NCBI GenBank assembly: GCA_029932915.1
Contig: JAOZPE010000006.1
Location: forward strand, 6,384-70,383
Length of the DNA stretch: 64,000 bases
Direction of reading: 5' to 3'
Source: Candidatus Krumholzibacteriia bacterium
Lineage (GTDB): Bacteria > Krumholzibacteriota > Krumholzibacteriia > JAJRXK01
Part shown: positions 18,455-28,490 of the stretch, piece after piece
How the letters are laid out: each line of letters starts with the position of its first letter
Position numbering within the stretch: the first letter of the stretch is position 1
Translations under genes and position numbers: made by a program
Notes under the pieces: model-generated
What the model saw: only the letters and a program-made list of their open reading frames with translations
The model's database searches: none
What the model was told of the DNA's origin: nothing

Positions 18455-19525
18455 ATGGCGGACACTGCTCGCATGCCTGAGCCCGGAAGAACCAGGACAC
18501 GGAGGAGTTCGCGTCGCCTGTGGTGGACGCATCTGAGCGACGAGGAGCTCCTCGACGTCCGCCTCTGTGATCTCGACCTGCGGATCGAGGACAGCCCCCT
18601 GCAGGAACTCGTGGTTCGTCTCCATCAGGAACTCGATGAACGAGGACTCCGTCTGAAACCCCACGTGTGGTTGTCCCACGAATGGTTCAGCCCCGACGGC
18701 ATCCCCGGTTTCGCCATCCCCTTCTATCTGGCCCACGAGCGTCTCAAGCGACTGGAACGGAAGATGATGCTGGAGGTGGAAGGGGGGACGACATCGGAAT
18801 GCATGAAACTGATGCGCCATGAGACCGGACATTGCTACTGCACCGCCTACCGTCTGCACTACCGGAAACGCTGGCGCGAGGTGTTCGGACCCATGGGCAA
18901 ACCCTATCCGGACAGTTATCTGCCCAAGGCGCAATCGAAGCGCTACGTGCTCAATCTCGACTGGTGGTATGCCCAGGCCCACCCGGCCGAGGATTTCGCC
19001 GAGACCTTCGCCGTCTGGCTGAAGCCCAATTCCCGTTGGAGACAGAACTACCAGGGATGGCCCGCGCTGCTCAAACTCCGCTACGTGCACGACACGATGA
19101 CGAAGTTGGCCGGGGTGACGCCTCCGGTTCGCTCGCGCCGGCACGTCGAGCCGTTGCGCTCCCTGCGCCAGACCCTGCGGGAACACTACCGGCAGAAGAG
19201 AGAACTCTATGGGCGCCAGAGTCCGGACATCTACGCGGCCGATCTGCGCAAGTTGTTCTCCGACGAGCCGCGGCACGCCCATCGGCCCTCGGCCGCCATG
19301 TTCCTGAGAAGGAACCGCCGGCAGATCCGCGAACAGGTCTCGCGGTGGACGGGAGAATATCAGTACACGGTCGATCTGGTCCTGCGTGACATGACCGAGC
19401 GTTGCAAGGAGTTGAAACTGCGCCTGCGCGATTCGGAGGCGAAGACCCTTTCCAACGCGACGACCCTGGTGACGGTGCAGACCATGAAGTTCCTGCACCG
19501 CGTTCCGCATCGGATCGTGATATGA
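18455..19525 (+). CDS. Putative zinc-binding metallopeptidase (Peptidase_Mx-like)
   Basis: HETGH (HExxH) and [14 protein letters not shown] motifs; start 18455 or 18473. Confidence 0.8.
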   Translation: MADTARMPEPGRTRTRRSSRRLWWTHLSDEELLDVRLCDLDLRIEDSPLQELVVRLHQELDERGLRLKPHVWLSHEWFSPDGIPGFAIPFYLAHERLKRLERKMMLEVEGGTTSECMKLMRHETGHCYCTAYRLHYRKRWREVFGPMGKPYPDSYLPKAQSKRYVLNLDWWYAQAHPAEDFAETFAVWLKPNSRWRQNYQGWPALLKLRYVHDTMTKLAGVTPPVRSRRHVEPLRSLRQTLREHYRQKRELYGRQSPDIYAADLRKLFSDEPRHAHRPSAAMFLRRNRRQIREQVSRWTGEYQYTVDLVLRDMTERCKELKLRLRDSEAKTLSNATTLVTVQTMKFLHRVPHRIVI

Positions 19526-20550
19526 GAAGACTGCGCATCATGTTGCTCTGCCACGAGGATCTCGTGCCGCCGGACACCCTTCCCGAGGATCAGGGCGATG
19601 CCATGGAGCCCTGGCGCACCGAGTATGACGTCGTCTCGACCTTGCGAACGCTCGGCCACGAGGTCCTGGTGGTCGGCGTGAACGACGACCTGGGCGTCAT
19701 CCGGCGCGCCATCGACGACTTCCACCCGCACATCGCGTTCAACCTCACCGAGGAATTCCACGGCGAGGCCATCTACGATCAGCACGTGGTGAGCTATCTC
19801 GAACTGATGCGTATGCCCTATACCGGGTGCAATCCGCGGGGACTCATGCTCGCTCACGACAAGGGGCTGTGCCGGAAGATCCTGGCCTACCACCGCGTCT
19901 CCGGCCCCCGCTTCGTCATCTATCCGATGAACCGCAAGATCCGCGCTCCTCAGCGGATGAACTACCCGCTGTTCGTCAAGTCACAGGTGGAGGACGCTTC
20001 GCTGGGGATCGCCCAGGCGTCGGTGGTCGAGGACGAGGCGAAGCTGCGCGAGAGGGTGCAGTTCATCCACGAGAGCGTGGGAACGGACGCCATCGTCGAG
20101 GAGTACATCGAAGGACGCGAACTGTACATCGGCATCCTGGGCAACCAGCGGCTGCGCACCTTCCCGCTGTGGGAGATGGTGTTCAAGAAGGTTCCCGAGG
20201 GAACGCGCCGCATCGCCACCGCCAAGGCGAAGTGGGATGCCGCCTATCAGGAACGGATGGGCATCGACATCGAGGCTGCCGAGGGGATCGCGCCGGAGGT
20301 GGCCGAGCGCATCTCCCGCATGGCCAAGCGGGTGTACCGCATCCTCGGTCTGTCCGGTTACGGCCGGCTCGACCTGCGGTTGACCGAGGATGGAGAGGTC
20401 CACCTGATCGAGGTCAATCCCAATCCCGACCTGGCCTACGACGACCTCCTGGCCGAATCGGCCGCCAAGGCGGGCATGGACTATCCCACCCTGATCTCGC
20501 GCATCCTCAACCTGGGTCTGCAGCACCGCGCCCAGTGGCGGCGCAACTGA
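19522..20550 (+). CDS. ATP-grasp (D-Ala-D-Ala ligase-like) amide ligase
   Basis: [58 protein letters not shown]; ATGA overlap with the peptidase gene. Confidence 0.88.
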   Translation: MRRLRIMLLCHEDLVPPDTLPEDQGDAMEPWRTEYDVVSTLRTLGHEVLVVGVNDDLGVIRRAIDDFHPHIAFNLTEEFHGEAIYDQHVVSYLELMRMPYTGCNPRGLMLAHDKGLCRKILAYHRVSGPRFVIYPMNRKIRAPQRMNYPLFVKSQVEDASLGIAQASVVEDEAKLRERVQFIHESVGTDAIVEEYIEGRELYIGILGNQRLRTFPLWEMVFKKVPEGTRRIATAKAKWDAAYQERMGIDIEAAEGIAPEVAERISRMAKRVYRILGLSGYGRLDLRLTEDGEVHLIEVNPNPDLAYDDLLAESAAKAGMDYPTLISRILNLGLQHRAQWRRN

Positions 20551-20667
20551 GCAGCCGGCTGGCCGTGGTGGCACCGGAGGTTCCTGGCCGGCCATGGCTT
20601 CACGGCGCCTTCTTCGGTCGGCCACGGCGGCACCGGCTTCGCCCGTCGGGCCTCGAGCTCACCGGCT

Positions 20668-21414
20668 TCACCCGTCGGGGGAGCCTCTGTGGTGGGAAGC
20701 CGCGTCCTCGATGGCCTGCCGGGCCCGCAGACCGATGAACACCACCAACAACAGCAGACTCACCAGACCGGCCGCCGCCAGGATGAACTCCCATCTCCCG
20801 GTTCCAGCCGATGGCGCCGTGCCCCCCTGCCGGCCCAGTCGCAGGAGGGTCGCTCCGATGGAGACGTGCAGGAGCGACTTGGGGACGAGGATGAGCCAGG
20901 TGAGCAGGTAGTGATCCAGGCGCACGCGGGCCGCGCCCATCAGGTAGCTGGCGATGGCGAAGTTCATCGGAGAGAGACGGACGAGCGAGAGGATCTTCCA
21001 CTGGTCGCGCTCGACGAGTTTGCGGAATCGTGACCATCGCGGACGCCGCTCGATCCAATCGGAGACCCGACGCGCCAACAGCCAGCGGGCCAGGACGAAC
21101 ATCTCCATCGCGGCCAGCCCGTTGGCGGTGACGAGGATCCAGAAGCCTCGCTGCACACCGAAGAGGGCGCCGCAGGTGAGATCGAGCAGGGAGAGCGGAA
21201 AGAAGAGGGGGGCCAGGATCAGGTACAGAGCGGTGAAGGCCGCCGGCGCCCAGGGGCCCAGATGAGCGATGAAGAGCTGGACCGAGGTGAAGTGCGACGC
21301 CAACTGCCAGAACGCGGCCGCGTACGCCAGTGCGACCACCAGGCCGAGCCACCGGCGGCGAAGATACCAGGCTTCGTTGGGGATCCGCAGTCGGGTCGGC
21401 ATTCCATGCTCCAA
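20668..21414 (-). CDS. TVP38/TMEM64 (VTT/DedA) membrane protein
   Basis: FFPLSLLDLTCGALFG...GLAA...F.LARWL...LVRLSPMNFAIASYLMGA pattern. Confidence 0.85.
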   Translation of the reverse strand: MEHGMPTRLRIPNEAWYLRRRWLGLVVALAYAAAFWQLASHFTSVQLFIAHLGPWAPAAFTALYLILAPLFFPLSLLDLTCGALFGVQRGFWILVTANGLAAMEMFVLARWLLARRVSDWIERRPRWSRFRKLVERDQWKILSLVRLSPMNFAIASYLMGAARVRLDHYLLTWLILVPKSLLHVSIGATLLRLGRQGGTAPSAGTGRWEFILAAAGLVSLLLLVVFIGLRARQAIEDAASHHRGSPDG

Positions 21415-21578
21415 GCGGTGGCGGCGATCCAGGACCGGGTCTCCGGCCCGCGGTGTCCCCTTCTGGCCGGGGGCTGGGCGCCTCGGGATCGCAGCATTCT
21501 ACCACGCCTGGATTGCGTTGATTCCCTTTCTCTGCTTCAATCGGAAACGCCCGAACCTTCCCTCGTGATGGTACATCC

Positions 21579-22727
21579 ATGAACACCAGGTCCTTCGTGA
21601 AGCTCCGTCGCCCGTTCGAGGCCCTCGTCCTGCTCGCTGCGGTGTCGGGTCTGTCCTGTTCGGACGACAACCCCACATCGCCGCCGACGCCCGGCGGTGA
21701 GTGGGTGGAGGTGATGTTGCCGGCGGAGCTTCCCGAGGGGATGCTCCGGGGAATCGGCTTCACCGGTCAACGGGGCCTGGCGATCCATCTCGAAGCGGCC
21801 GCCGACGGCTACCGTCTGTTGCAGAAGATCGGCGGCGGAAGCTGGATGGTGGCCGCCGCTGCTTCGTCGAGTCTGGCGCTTCCCCTGGCCCTGGACTTCG
21901 ACGCCTCCGGCCGGGCCATGCTGGCGGGCGTCGACACGGCGGGCGCGGCGATGGTGGTGGCCGAACGTCCGGACTGGATGCCCATGACGCTTCCGCCGCT
22001 CGAGAGCGCGTTGCAGGCCATGGCCTGCGCTTCCGACGGCTTCGTCCATGCCGCGGGCAGGACTTCGGGCAGCCTGATCGGGGTCAGGGGTACGATCGAC
22101 GGCGATTGGACGAGCGAGGTGTATCCCAGCTCTCCGGCTTCGGCCGAGAAGGGCGTGGCCGATTTGGCCGGCGGTGCCCGTTCGCTCTGGGCCTGTGGCT
22201 GGGACGACGGGGCCGAAGGCACCGAGGCTTCACCTCATGCGCTGGTATGGGAGAACACCGGAAGCGGCTGGACCCGGGTGGACAGTCCCTGCGGCGGATG
22301 TTCCGGTCACGAGTTCCGGGCGGTGGCGATTCCCGACGAGGGATCCTTGCTCCTGGGGGGAGCGATCACCGCCTTCTCGCCGAGCTCCGGCGATTCCTCC
22401 CTGGCCTTCCTGTACCTGCGCCCGCCCTCGCCCAGCTCGGTGAACTGGCCCGAGGCGAAGCTGCCCCGTCCCGCCGATCTGCGCCGGGTGAACGACATCC
22501 TCGTGACCAGCAATGGCGACATCTATCTCGCCTGCGGGGATTCGACGGCCTTTCTGGTGTGGATGCCCAGCACCGGCGGAGTGGTGATCGAGTACGAGGA
22601 GACGGGTCTGCGGCTCAACGCTCTCTCGGAAGCCGCCGATGGTACGATCTATGCGGTGGGGGGAAGGGATGACGGTTCCACTTCCACGGCGGTGATGTTG
22701 CGGCGCGAGGAGTTTGCGCATCGATGA
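21579..22727 (+). CDS. Hypothetical lipoprotein, probable beta-propeller
   Basis: Lipobox GLSC then SDDNPTSPP; repeated beta-rich W/G segments (DGDW, LWACG, SGWTR, DIYLACG, IYAVGG). Confidence 0.65.
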   Translation: MNTRSFVKLRRPFEALVLLAAVSGLSCSDDNPTSPPTPGGEWVEVMLPAELPEGMLRGIGFTGQRGLAIHLEAAADGYRLLQKIGGGSWMVAAAASSSLALPLALDFDASGRAMLAGVDTAGAAMVVAERPDWMPMTLPPLESALQAMACASDGFVHAAGRTSGSLIGVRGTIDGDWTSEVYPSSPASAEKGVADLAGGARSLWACGWDDGAEGTEASPHALVWENTGSGWTRVDSPCGGCSGHEFRAVAIPDEGSLLLGGAITAFSPSSGDSSLAFLYLRPPSPSSVNWPEAKLPRPADLRRVNDILVTSNGDIYLACGDSTAFLVWMPSTGGVVIEYEETGLRLNALSEAADGTIYAVGGRDDGSTSTAVMLRREEFAHR

Positions 22728-23716
22728 TGGAATCCAGCCCTTCACCACCCCTGGTCTCCGTCGTCACCCCCTTCTACAACACGGCGGATGGGCTGGCCGA
22801 ATGCATCGAGAGCGTACTGGGCCAGAGCTACGAGAACTTCGAGTACATCCTGCACGACAACTGCAGCGATGACGGTTCGAGCGAGATTGCCGCTTCCTGG
22901 GCGGCGAAGGATCCGCGGATCCGGCTCATCCGCGCCGACCGCTTTCGCGGACAGGTGGCCAACTACAACCAGGCGCTCAGCCACATCTCCAAGCAGAGCC
23001 GCTATTGCAAGATCGTGCAGGCCGATGACCAGCTCGACCCGGATTGCCTGAAGTCGATGGTGGAGCTGGCCGAGGCGCATCCTCGCGTCGGTCTGGTCAG
23101 TTCCCATTATCGGGAGGGGGACCGTGTCCGGGGGACGGGGCTTCCGGCGCACGAGACCGTGCTCAGCGGCGAGGAGATCATCCGCCGCCACCTGATCGAC
23201 GGGATCTACCTCTTCGGTTCACCCACGACGGTTCTCTTCCGCAGCGAGATCGTCCGCCAACGGCAGCCCTTCTATGCGGAGGACCGCCTGCACGAGGACA
23301 CCGAAGCCTGCTACGAGATCCTGCACGACTGGGATTTCGGATTCGTGCACCAGGTGCTCAGTTACCTCCGGGTCGATCCGGAATCGACCTACGGGAGGAT
23401 GCGGCGTCTGGACGATCCCCTGCTCGACGGACTCATCACCTTCCACCGCTACGGTCCCCGTTTCCTCAGCCCCGGGGAATTCCAGCACCACCGGAAGAAG
23501 CGTGAAGAGCGGTACTACCGCCGGCTCGCGCGGGCCGTCCTGCTGGCCCGGGGTCCGGAGTACTGGGCGTACCACCGGGCGGGGCTGGCGACGGTGGGGT
23601 TGAAACTGCAGTGGGGAAGGGTGGCCCGGGCCATTCCCGCCGAGCTTCTCTCGATGGCAACCGACCCACGGGAGACCCTCCATGAGCTGAAGGCCCGCAT
23701 CCGGTGGAACCACTGA
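22724..23716 (+). CDS. Glycosyltransferase family 2
   Basis: PLVSVVTPFYN...CIESVLGQSYENFEYILHDNCSDDGS...VQADD...LHEDTE. Confidence 0.9.
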   Translation: MMESSPSPPLVSVVTPFYNTADGLAECIESVLGQSYENFEYILHDNCSDDGSSEIAASWAAKDPRIRLIRADRFRGQVANYNQALSHISKQSRYCKIVQADDQLDPDCLKSMVELAEAHPRVGLVSSHYREGDRVRGTGLPAHETVLSGEEIIRRHLIDGIYLFGSPTTVLFRSEIVRQRQPFYAEDRLHEDTEACYEILHDWDFGFVHQVLSYLRVDPESTYGRMRRLDDPLLDGLITFHRYGPRFLSPGEFQHHRKKREERYYRRLARAVLLARGPEYWAYHRAGLATVGLKLQWGRVARAIPAELLSMATDPRETLHELKARIRWNH

Positions 23717-23820
23717 GCCACCGGCGGGAATCACGAAGCTGTTCGCTGGAATCACGGATGCATCGGCTGGATGCTCGGGATGAAGGTCCCTGTGGCGCCG
23801 GGCCCATACGGGTGTCGTAG

Positions 23821-23843
23821 GCCGGCGCCGCACGGGCGCCGGC
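23821..23843. terminator. Hairpin between convergent GT2 and icd genes
   Basis: GCCGGCGCC-gcacg-GGCGCCGGC. Confidence 0.45.
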
Positions 23844-23863
23844 CCCTTGATCCTTGGTATCGG

Positions 23864-25204
23864 CTACATCCGGCGGATGATGGCCTCGCCGAAGCCCGAG
23901 CAGGACACCTCGTTGACGTCCTTGCGGCCCTCGCGGACCATCAGCCTCGCCAGGTCGTAGGTGACCTCGCCCTCGCGGATCGCCTGGGACATGCCCTGAC
24001 GGATGAGCTGGGCCGCCTCGTTCCAGCCCATGTACTCGAGCATCATCACTGCCGAGAGGATGATCGAACCGGGGTTGACCTTGTCCATGCCGGTGTACTT
24101 CGGCGCGGTTCCGTGGGTGGCCTCGAAGAGAGCCACCTCGTCGGACATGTTGGCGCCGGGTCCCAGCCCGAGTCCGCCCACGAGCGCGATGGCCGCGTCG
24201 CTCATGTAGTCGCCGTTGAGGTTGGGCAGGGCCAGGACGCTGTACTCGTCCGGACGGGTCTGGATCTGCTGGAAGATCGAGTCGGCGATGCGGTCCTTCA
24301 CCAGGATCTTCCCTTCGGGCATCTTCCCGTCCATCTCGTCCCACAGCCTCTTCTCGGTGATCGACTTGTCGCCGAACTCGCGCTCGATGAGCTCGTAGCC
24401 CCACTTGGCGAACGATCCCTCGGTGAACTTCATGATGTTGCCCTTGTGCACGAGGGTCAGCGAGGGCAGGTCGTGGGCCACCGCCCACTGCATGGCCTTG
24501 CGGACCAGTCTCTCGGTGCCGAAGACGGAGATGGGCTTGACCCCGATGCCGCTGTCGGGACGGATCTGCCGGCCGGTCTTCTCCTTGATCAGGTCGATGA
24601 TGGCCGTCGCCAGCTCGCTGCCCTTCTCGAAGTCGTAGCCGGCGTACACGTCCTCGGTGTTCTCACGGAAGATGATGAAGTTCACCTTGTCGGCGTACTT
24701 GTTCGGGGCCGGGACGCCCTCGAAGTACTGCACCGGACGCACGCAGGCGTACAGGTCGAGATGCTGGCGGAAGCGCACGTTGATCGAGCGGAAGCGCTTG
24801 CAGACCCCGTCGCTCTTGCCGCACTTGTCGCAGGTTCCCCCGTGGTTCTGCTGGTGGGCGCAGTGCAGACAGACGTGGGTCTCCTCGCCGATGGGTGTGG
24901 TGAAGGGGCCCTTGATGGCGACCTTCAGGTAGCGGATGGCCTCGACGGTCTCATCGGGGAACTCGCTTCCGTAGTTCTGGAGTCCCTGGAGACCGGCGTA
25001 GAGCGGGCACCAGGCGATCGAGCGTTTCCCGGCGTAGGCCTTCTCCACCGCCTGGTCCACGACCTTCTGCATCACCGGGGTGATGTCGAGCCCGATCCCG
25101 TCGCCCCGCAGGACGCCGATGATCGGCCGCTCGCCGACGACGGGCTTGCCGTCCTTCATTTCAATGAGATCGCCTTCGGGGATGGACACCTTCGAGAATT
25201 TCAC
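23864..25204 (-). CDS. icd: NADP-dependent isocitrate dehydrogenase (E. coli-type dimeric) with Cys-rich loop insertion
   Basis: GDGIGLDI, IKGPFTTPIG, RSINV, DLYACVRP, FRENTEDVYAG, LVHKGNIMKFTEG, IADSIFQQ, NLNGDYMSD, EATHGTAPKY; AAGGAG RBS before GTG 25204. Confidence 0.95.
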   Translation of the reverse strand: MKFSKVSIPEGDLIEMKDGKPVVGERPIIGVLRGDGIGLDITPVMQKVVDQAVEKAYAGKRSIAWCPLYAGLQGLQNYGSEFPDETVEAIRYLKVAIKGPFTTPIGEETHVCLHCAHQQNHGGTCDKCGKSDGVCKRFRSINVRFRQHLDLYACVRPVQYFEGVPAPNKYADKVNFIIFRENTEDVYAGYDFEKGSELATAIIDLIKEKTGRQIRPDSGIGVKPISVFGTERLVRKAMQWAVAHDLPSLTLVHKGNIMKFTEGSFAKWGYELIEREFGDKSITEKRLWDEMDGKMPEGKILVKDRIADSIFQQIQTRPDEYSVLALPNLNGDYMSDAAIALVGGLGLGPGANMSDEVALFEATHGTAPKYTGMDKVNPGSIILSAVMMLEYMGWNEAAQLIRQGMSQAIREGEVTYDLARLMVREGRKDVNEVSCSGFGEAIIRRM

Positions 25205-25379
25205 AACCGTCTCCTTGTTGGTCACCGCTGAATACGAGCCCGGGGGGCTCCAAAGTGCTCGAATGGGGTGGAGTCGAGACGAGCAAGAAGATAGGAAACC
25301 GGGGCCGCCGCGCCCAGAGTCGATTTCCTCTCCGGCTTCGGCGGCAGGTGAAGAATGGTGGGATCTCGGAGAAGGGAGC

Positions 25380-25904
25380 TCAGCGCTCCCTGGATTCCGG
25401 GTGGGGAGGGCGCGAGTACCTCCAGATGAGACGGCCGGTCCACAGGGCCACGAAGGCCAGGTAGGCGCCCAGGACCCAGTTGAATTCCCCTCCGAGGCGC
25501 TCGCTGCCATCGATCGCCGAGCGGACGGAGAGGTGGAAGACGGCGAGGAAGAAGATGAGGGTCACCGCGCAGAAGCCCAGCAGGCTGTCGGCGATCTCCT
25601 CCCGGGTCTTCTTCTGCCGCTCCTCGGCCAGCCACCAATCGCGGTTGGGCAGATGGATGAACCCGGCCGGCGCGATCTGCAGGAAGAGGGAGATGGCCAC
25701 GAAGAGGCCGCTGAAGCCGAGGATGATCTCCCAGAACACGCGGGCGAAGTCGTGGGGCGAGGACCAGGCGTCGGCCTGGGCGAACTCGTCGAAATGGGTG
25801 GGGATGCGCTCGGGCAACTCCGGCGCGTAGTGGATCCAGTAGGCGGCGGCGATCACTACCAGCACGAGAACCAGGAGGAAATTGAAACTTCGGACGATAC
25901 GCAC
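25380..25904 (-). CDS. DUF1648-like membrane protein
   Basis: LPERIPTHFD...ADAW and IHLPNRDWW motifs; four TM segments. Confidence 0.75.
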   Translation of the reverse strand: MRIVRSFNFLLVLVLVVIAAAYWIHYAPELPERIPTHFDEFAQADAWSSPHDFARVFWEIILGFSGLFVAISLFLQIAPAGFIHLPNRDWWLAEERQKKTREEIADSLLGFCAVTLIFFLAVFHLSVRSAIDGSERLGGEFNWVLGAYLAFVALWTGRLIWRYSRPPHPESRER

Positions 25905-25970
25905 GGGCTCGACCGCAGCGTCTGTCGGCGACGGGACGATCCCACGGCCGGCGAGGTCGGGGGAAGTCTC

Positions 25971-26909
25971 TCACCCTGCTCGGTCCTCCACCTCCTCCGC
26001 TTCGTACACTTCTGCCCCCTTCTTCTTCCGCTGGCCGCCCTCTTCGCGGTTCTGCATCACCAGGGCGGCCACGATGAGGATGAGCCCGAGGGGGGTGCTC
26101 GGGCGGATCGTCTCTCCCAGGACCAGGGCGATGAACCCCAGGCTCACGAAGGGTGAGATGAAGATGAGATTGGCCACCCGCGAGGCGTTGGTGGACAGCT
26201 TCATGGCCGTCAACCACAACAGGAAGGTCAATCCCATCTCAAAGATGCCCACGTACAGGCCGCCGAGCAAGCCCGCCCGCCCGCCGGTGGACAGGCCGCT
26301 GTTCAGCGCCGCGTAGGCGACGACCATCGGAAGGGCGAAGACGAAGGCCACGAAGAGTCCCACCGCCGGTTCCAGCTCGTTGCGGGTGCTCCAGATCCAG
26401 TACAGCGACCAGATGAGGGTGCTGCCCAGGGCCAGGGCGATGCCCAGGGTGTCGTAGGTGCCGCCTCCCGGCCTTCCCCCGGTGGAGATGATGACCACCC
26501 CGAGGTAGCACACCACACCGGCCAGGAGGTCGCGCCGGCGGAGATGGTGGTGCAACAGGGGGACGGACAACCAGGCGAGGGTCAGCGCCCAGGTGTAGTT
26601 CAGGGGCTGGGCGATCTGGGCCGGCAGGCGGTCGTAGGCGACGAAGAGCACCGCGTAGTAGAGGAAGGGGTTGAGGAAACCCAGGGCCGCCGACCACAGG
26701 TACTGCCGCCGGCTCATCCGCAGGGTCTGTCCCAGCCGTCCCTGGAGGGTGAGGACCACGCCCAGGACGAGGATGGAGAAGATCGTCGCCCACATCAACA
26801 ACTGCGGGGGGCGCAGATGCCGCAGGGAGAGTTTGAACGCGGTGGGGACGGTCGACCACAGGAGCACCGCGGCCAGGCCCAGGCCCTGAGCCCGCGTCTG
26901 CCGGTTCAT
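25971..26909 (-). CDS. DMT/EamA family transporter
   Basis: Ten TM segments; AVLLWST, LNPFLYY.VLF.AYDRLPAQIAQPLNYTW, LIFISPF. Confidence 0.9.
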   Translation of the reverse strand: MNRQTRAQGLGLAAVLLWSTVPTAFKLSLRHLRPPQLLMWATIFSILVLGVVLTLQGRLGQTLRMSRRQYLWSAALGFLNPFLYYAVLFVAYDRLPAQIAQPLNYTWALTLAWLSVPLLHHHLRRRDLLAGVVCYLGVVIISTGGRPGGGTYDTLGIALALGSTLIWSLYWIWSTRNELEPAVGLFVAFVFALPMVVAYAALNSGLSTGGRAGLLGGLYVGIFEMGLTFLLWLTAMKLSTNASRVANLIFISPFVSLGFIALVLGETIRPSTPLGLILIVAALVMQNREEGGQRKKKGAEVYEAEEVEDRAG

Positions 26910-28105
26910 GCGTCCCGCTCCCGGCCCGGGTCTTCCCCTCGCTTCCGCCGCCGGCCCTCCTCCTGTTGTTCCTGCTCGCGTTCGCGCAGCTTCTCCCGGC
27001 TGGGCACGGCCTTCAACGGAGGTGCGGGCGGGGGCGGCTGCTCAAGCCACGCCGCGTAGCTGCGCCGGCGGGCGGGATCGTCCCCGGCCAGGATGGCGTA
27101 CCACGCCTTCCTCAGGGCGCAGCGGTCTTCTTCGTCCAGGGGGCTTCTCTGTCCGGCCGCACGCAGGCGGTGGTCGAACTCGTGAAGGGCGATCCCGGCG
27201 GTCACCGACACGTTCAGGTAGGAGGTGAATCCCACCGTGGGCAGGTGGAAGAGTCCGTCGGCCTGCTCGCGCACCACCCGGCTCACCCCTTCCTGCTCGC
27301 TGCCCAGCACCACGGCCAGCTTGCCCTGCAGGGGCAGCTCGTGGATGGGGCGTGAGCCCGCTCCGAAGTCGGCCGCCACCACCTGGTAGCCCCGTTCCTT
27401 CAGCTCGGCCAGGGCCTCCTCGGCCCGGCGGTGCCATACGAGGTCCATCCAGCGCTGGCACATGCGGGTGATCGCCGGGTTCAGTTTCACCTTCCCCCGC
27501 CGGTCGATGAAGTGGATCTCCTGCAGGCCCAGGGCCTCGGCCGTGCGCACGATGGCCGAGGCGTTGCGGGGGCTGCTGAGTTCTTCGAGCACCACCACCA
27601 GCGAACGGGTGCGGTGGGCCAGTGCGCGCTCGGCGTTGCGCAGGCGGGCCGGGGCCGACGCCCCTTCCGCCGGGTCCACTCCCGCCGTGCTTGCCTCTGT
27701 CGGGTCCATCTCCGCTGCGCTGGCCTCTGCAGCGGGGTGTCCACTGCTGCGGGGTGGGCCGGACGCCCCTCGGGGATCCAGGGCCGGCCGGTCGAGGCGG
27801 CGGGAGAGCAGCTCGTGCCGTTCCTCGCCTTCCCGCCAGGCCTCGATCTCGTCCGGAGGGGCAGGAAGCTGGGGATCCGCTCCGAGGCGGGCCGCCTCCT
27901 CCACCAGATTCCGCAGGAAGGGGATGTCCCGGGCCAGGGCCACCAGTCGCGGTCCGACGGCCTCTCTCTGGGGACGCCGCCAGAACAGGCGCTGATGCTC
28001 GTGGGCGGAGGTCGACTCGACCGCGGAGAGGTCCTCCCCGGCCATGCGCAGGGCCTCTTCCAGTTCGTCCATGTAGGCGCGCCAGCGCTTCCAGTGATTG
28101 CCCAC
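26906..28105 (-). CDS. trmH: SpoU/TrmH family tRNA/rRNA 2'-O-methyltransferase with N-terminal extension
   Basis: LVVVLEELSSPRNASAIVRTAEALG, VLGSEQEGVS, PTVGFTSYLNVSV. Start uncertain (28072, 28105 or 28228). Confidence 0.8.
   Translation of the reverse strand: MGNHWKRWRAYMDELEEALRMAGEDLSAVESTSAHEHQRLFWRRPQREAVGPRLVALARDIPFLRNLVEEAARLGADPQLPAPPDEIEAWREGEERHELLSRRLDRPALDPRGASGPPRSSGHPAAEASAAEMDPTEASTAGVDPAEGASAPARLRNAERALAHRTRSLVVVLEELSSPRNASAIVRTAEALGLQEIHFIDRRGKVKLNPAITRMCQRWMDLVWHRRAEEALAELKERGYQVVAADFGAGSRPIHELPLQGKLAVVLGSEQEGVSRVVREQADGLFHLPTVGFTSYLNVSVTAGIALHEFDHRLRAAGQRSPLDEEDRCALRKAWYAILAGDDPARRRSYAAWLEQPPPPAPPLKAVPSREKLREREQEQQEEGRRRKRGEDPGRERDA
27664..27730 (-). repeat. 30-bp coding tandem repeat (about 2.2 copies) in the TrmH linker
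   Basis: Encodes AEASAAEMDP TEASTAGVDP AEG; CGGGTCCA recurs at 27671 and 27701. Confidence 0.7.
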
Positions 28106-28490
28106 GGTGCGTTCCTGTCGATGGCCCGGCTCGGACGGGGCGCGCTGCTTCCTCGGCCCCATCGCCCCCGGGCGGGCGAGATCGGCCCGGGCGGGTGCGA
28201 TCGGCCGCGCCGGGAGGATCGGCTCCACCTGCTCCAGGCAGGGGAGGATAGCACGTCGGGAACTTTCCGACCCTCCTTCGTCGTTCTCCCGGTAGAGACC
28301 GCCCTCACCGGCGGTCTCCTTCCCGGTCGCGAGACAACAGCGTGGGCTTGGGGCCTCGTATCCAAGTCCGGCACCCTACCGGGAATCATTCGGCTCTCTC
28401 CTGACCGGACGATACGGTGGAACCCCAATGCCCGTGGTTCGACGATGGAGGACGAGGTCGGTGGAGGGAAGCACCGAGGCTCCATCTCCC

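Noticed and set aside
18155-19510. 451-aa minus-strand ORF ending in Acs-like residues
   Set aside because: Only the last ~60 aa are Acs-like. The rest is antisense to the Zn-peptidase gene, so it is treated as a pseudogene remnant.
19522-20550. Calling the ATP-grasp enzyme ddl
   Set aside because: It lacks the Ddl N-terminal GGxSxE motif and any mur context, and is coupled to a peptidase.
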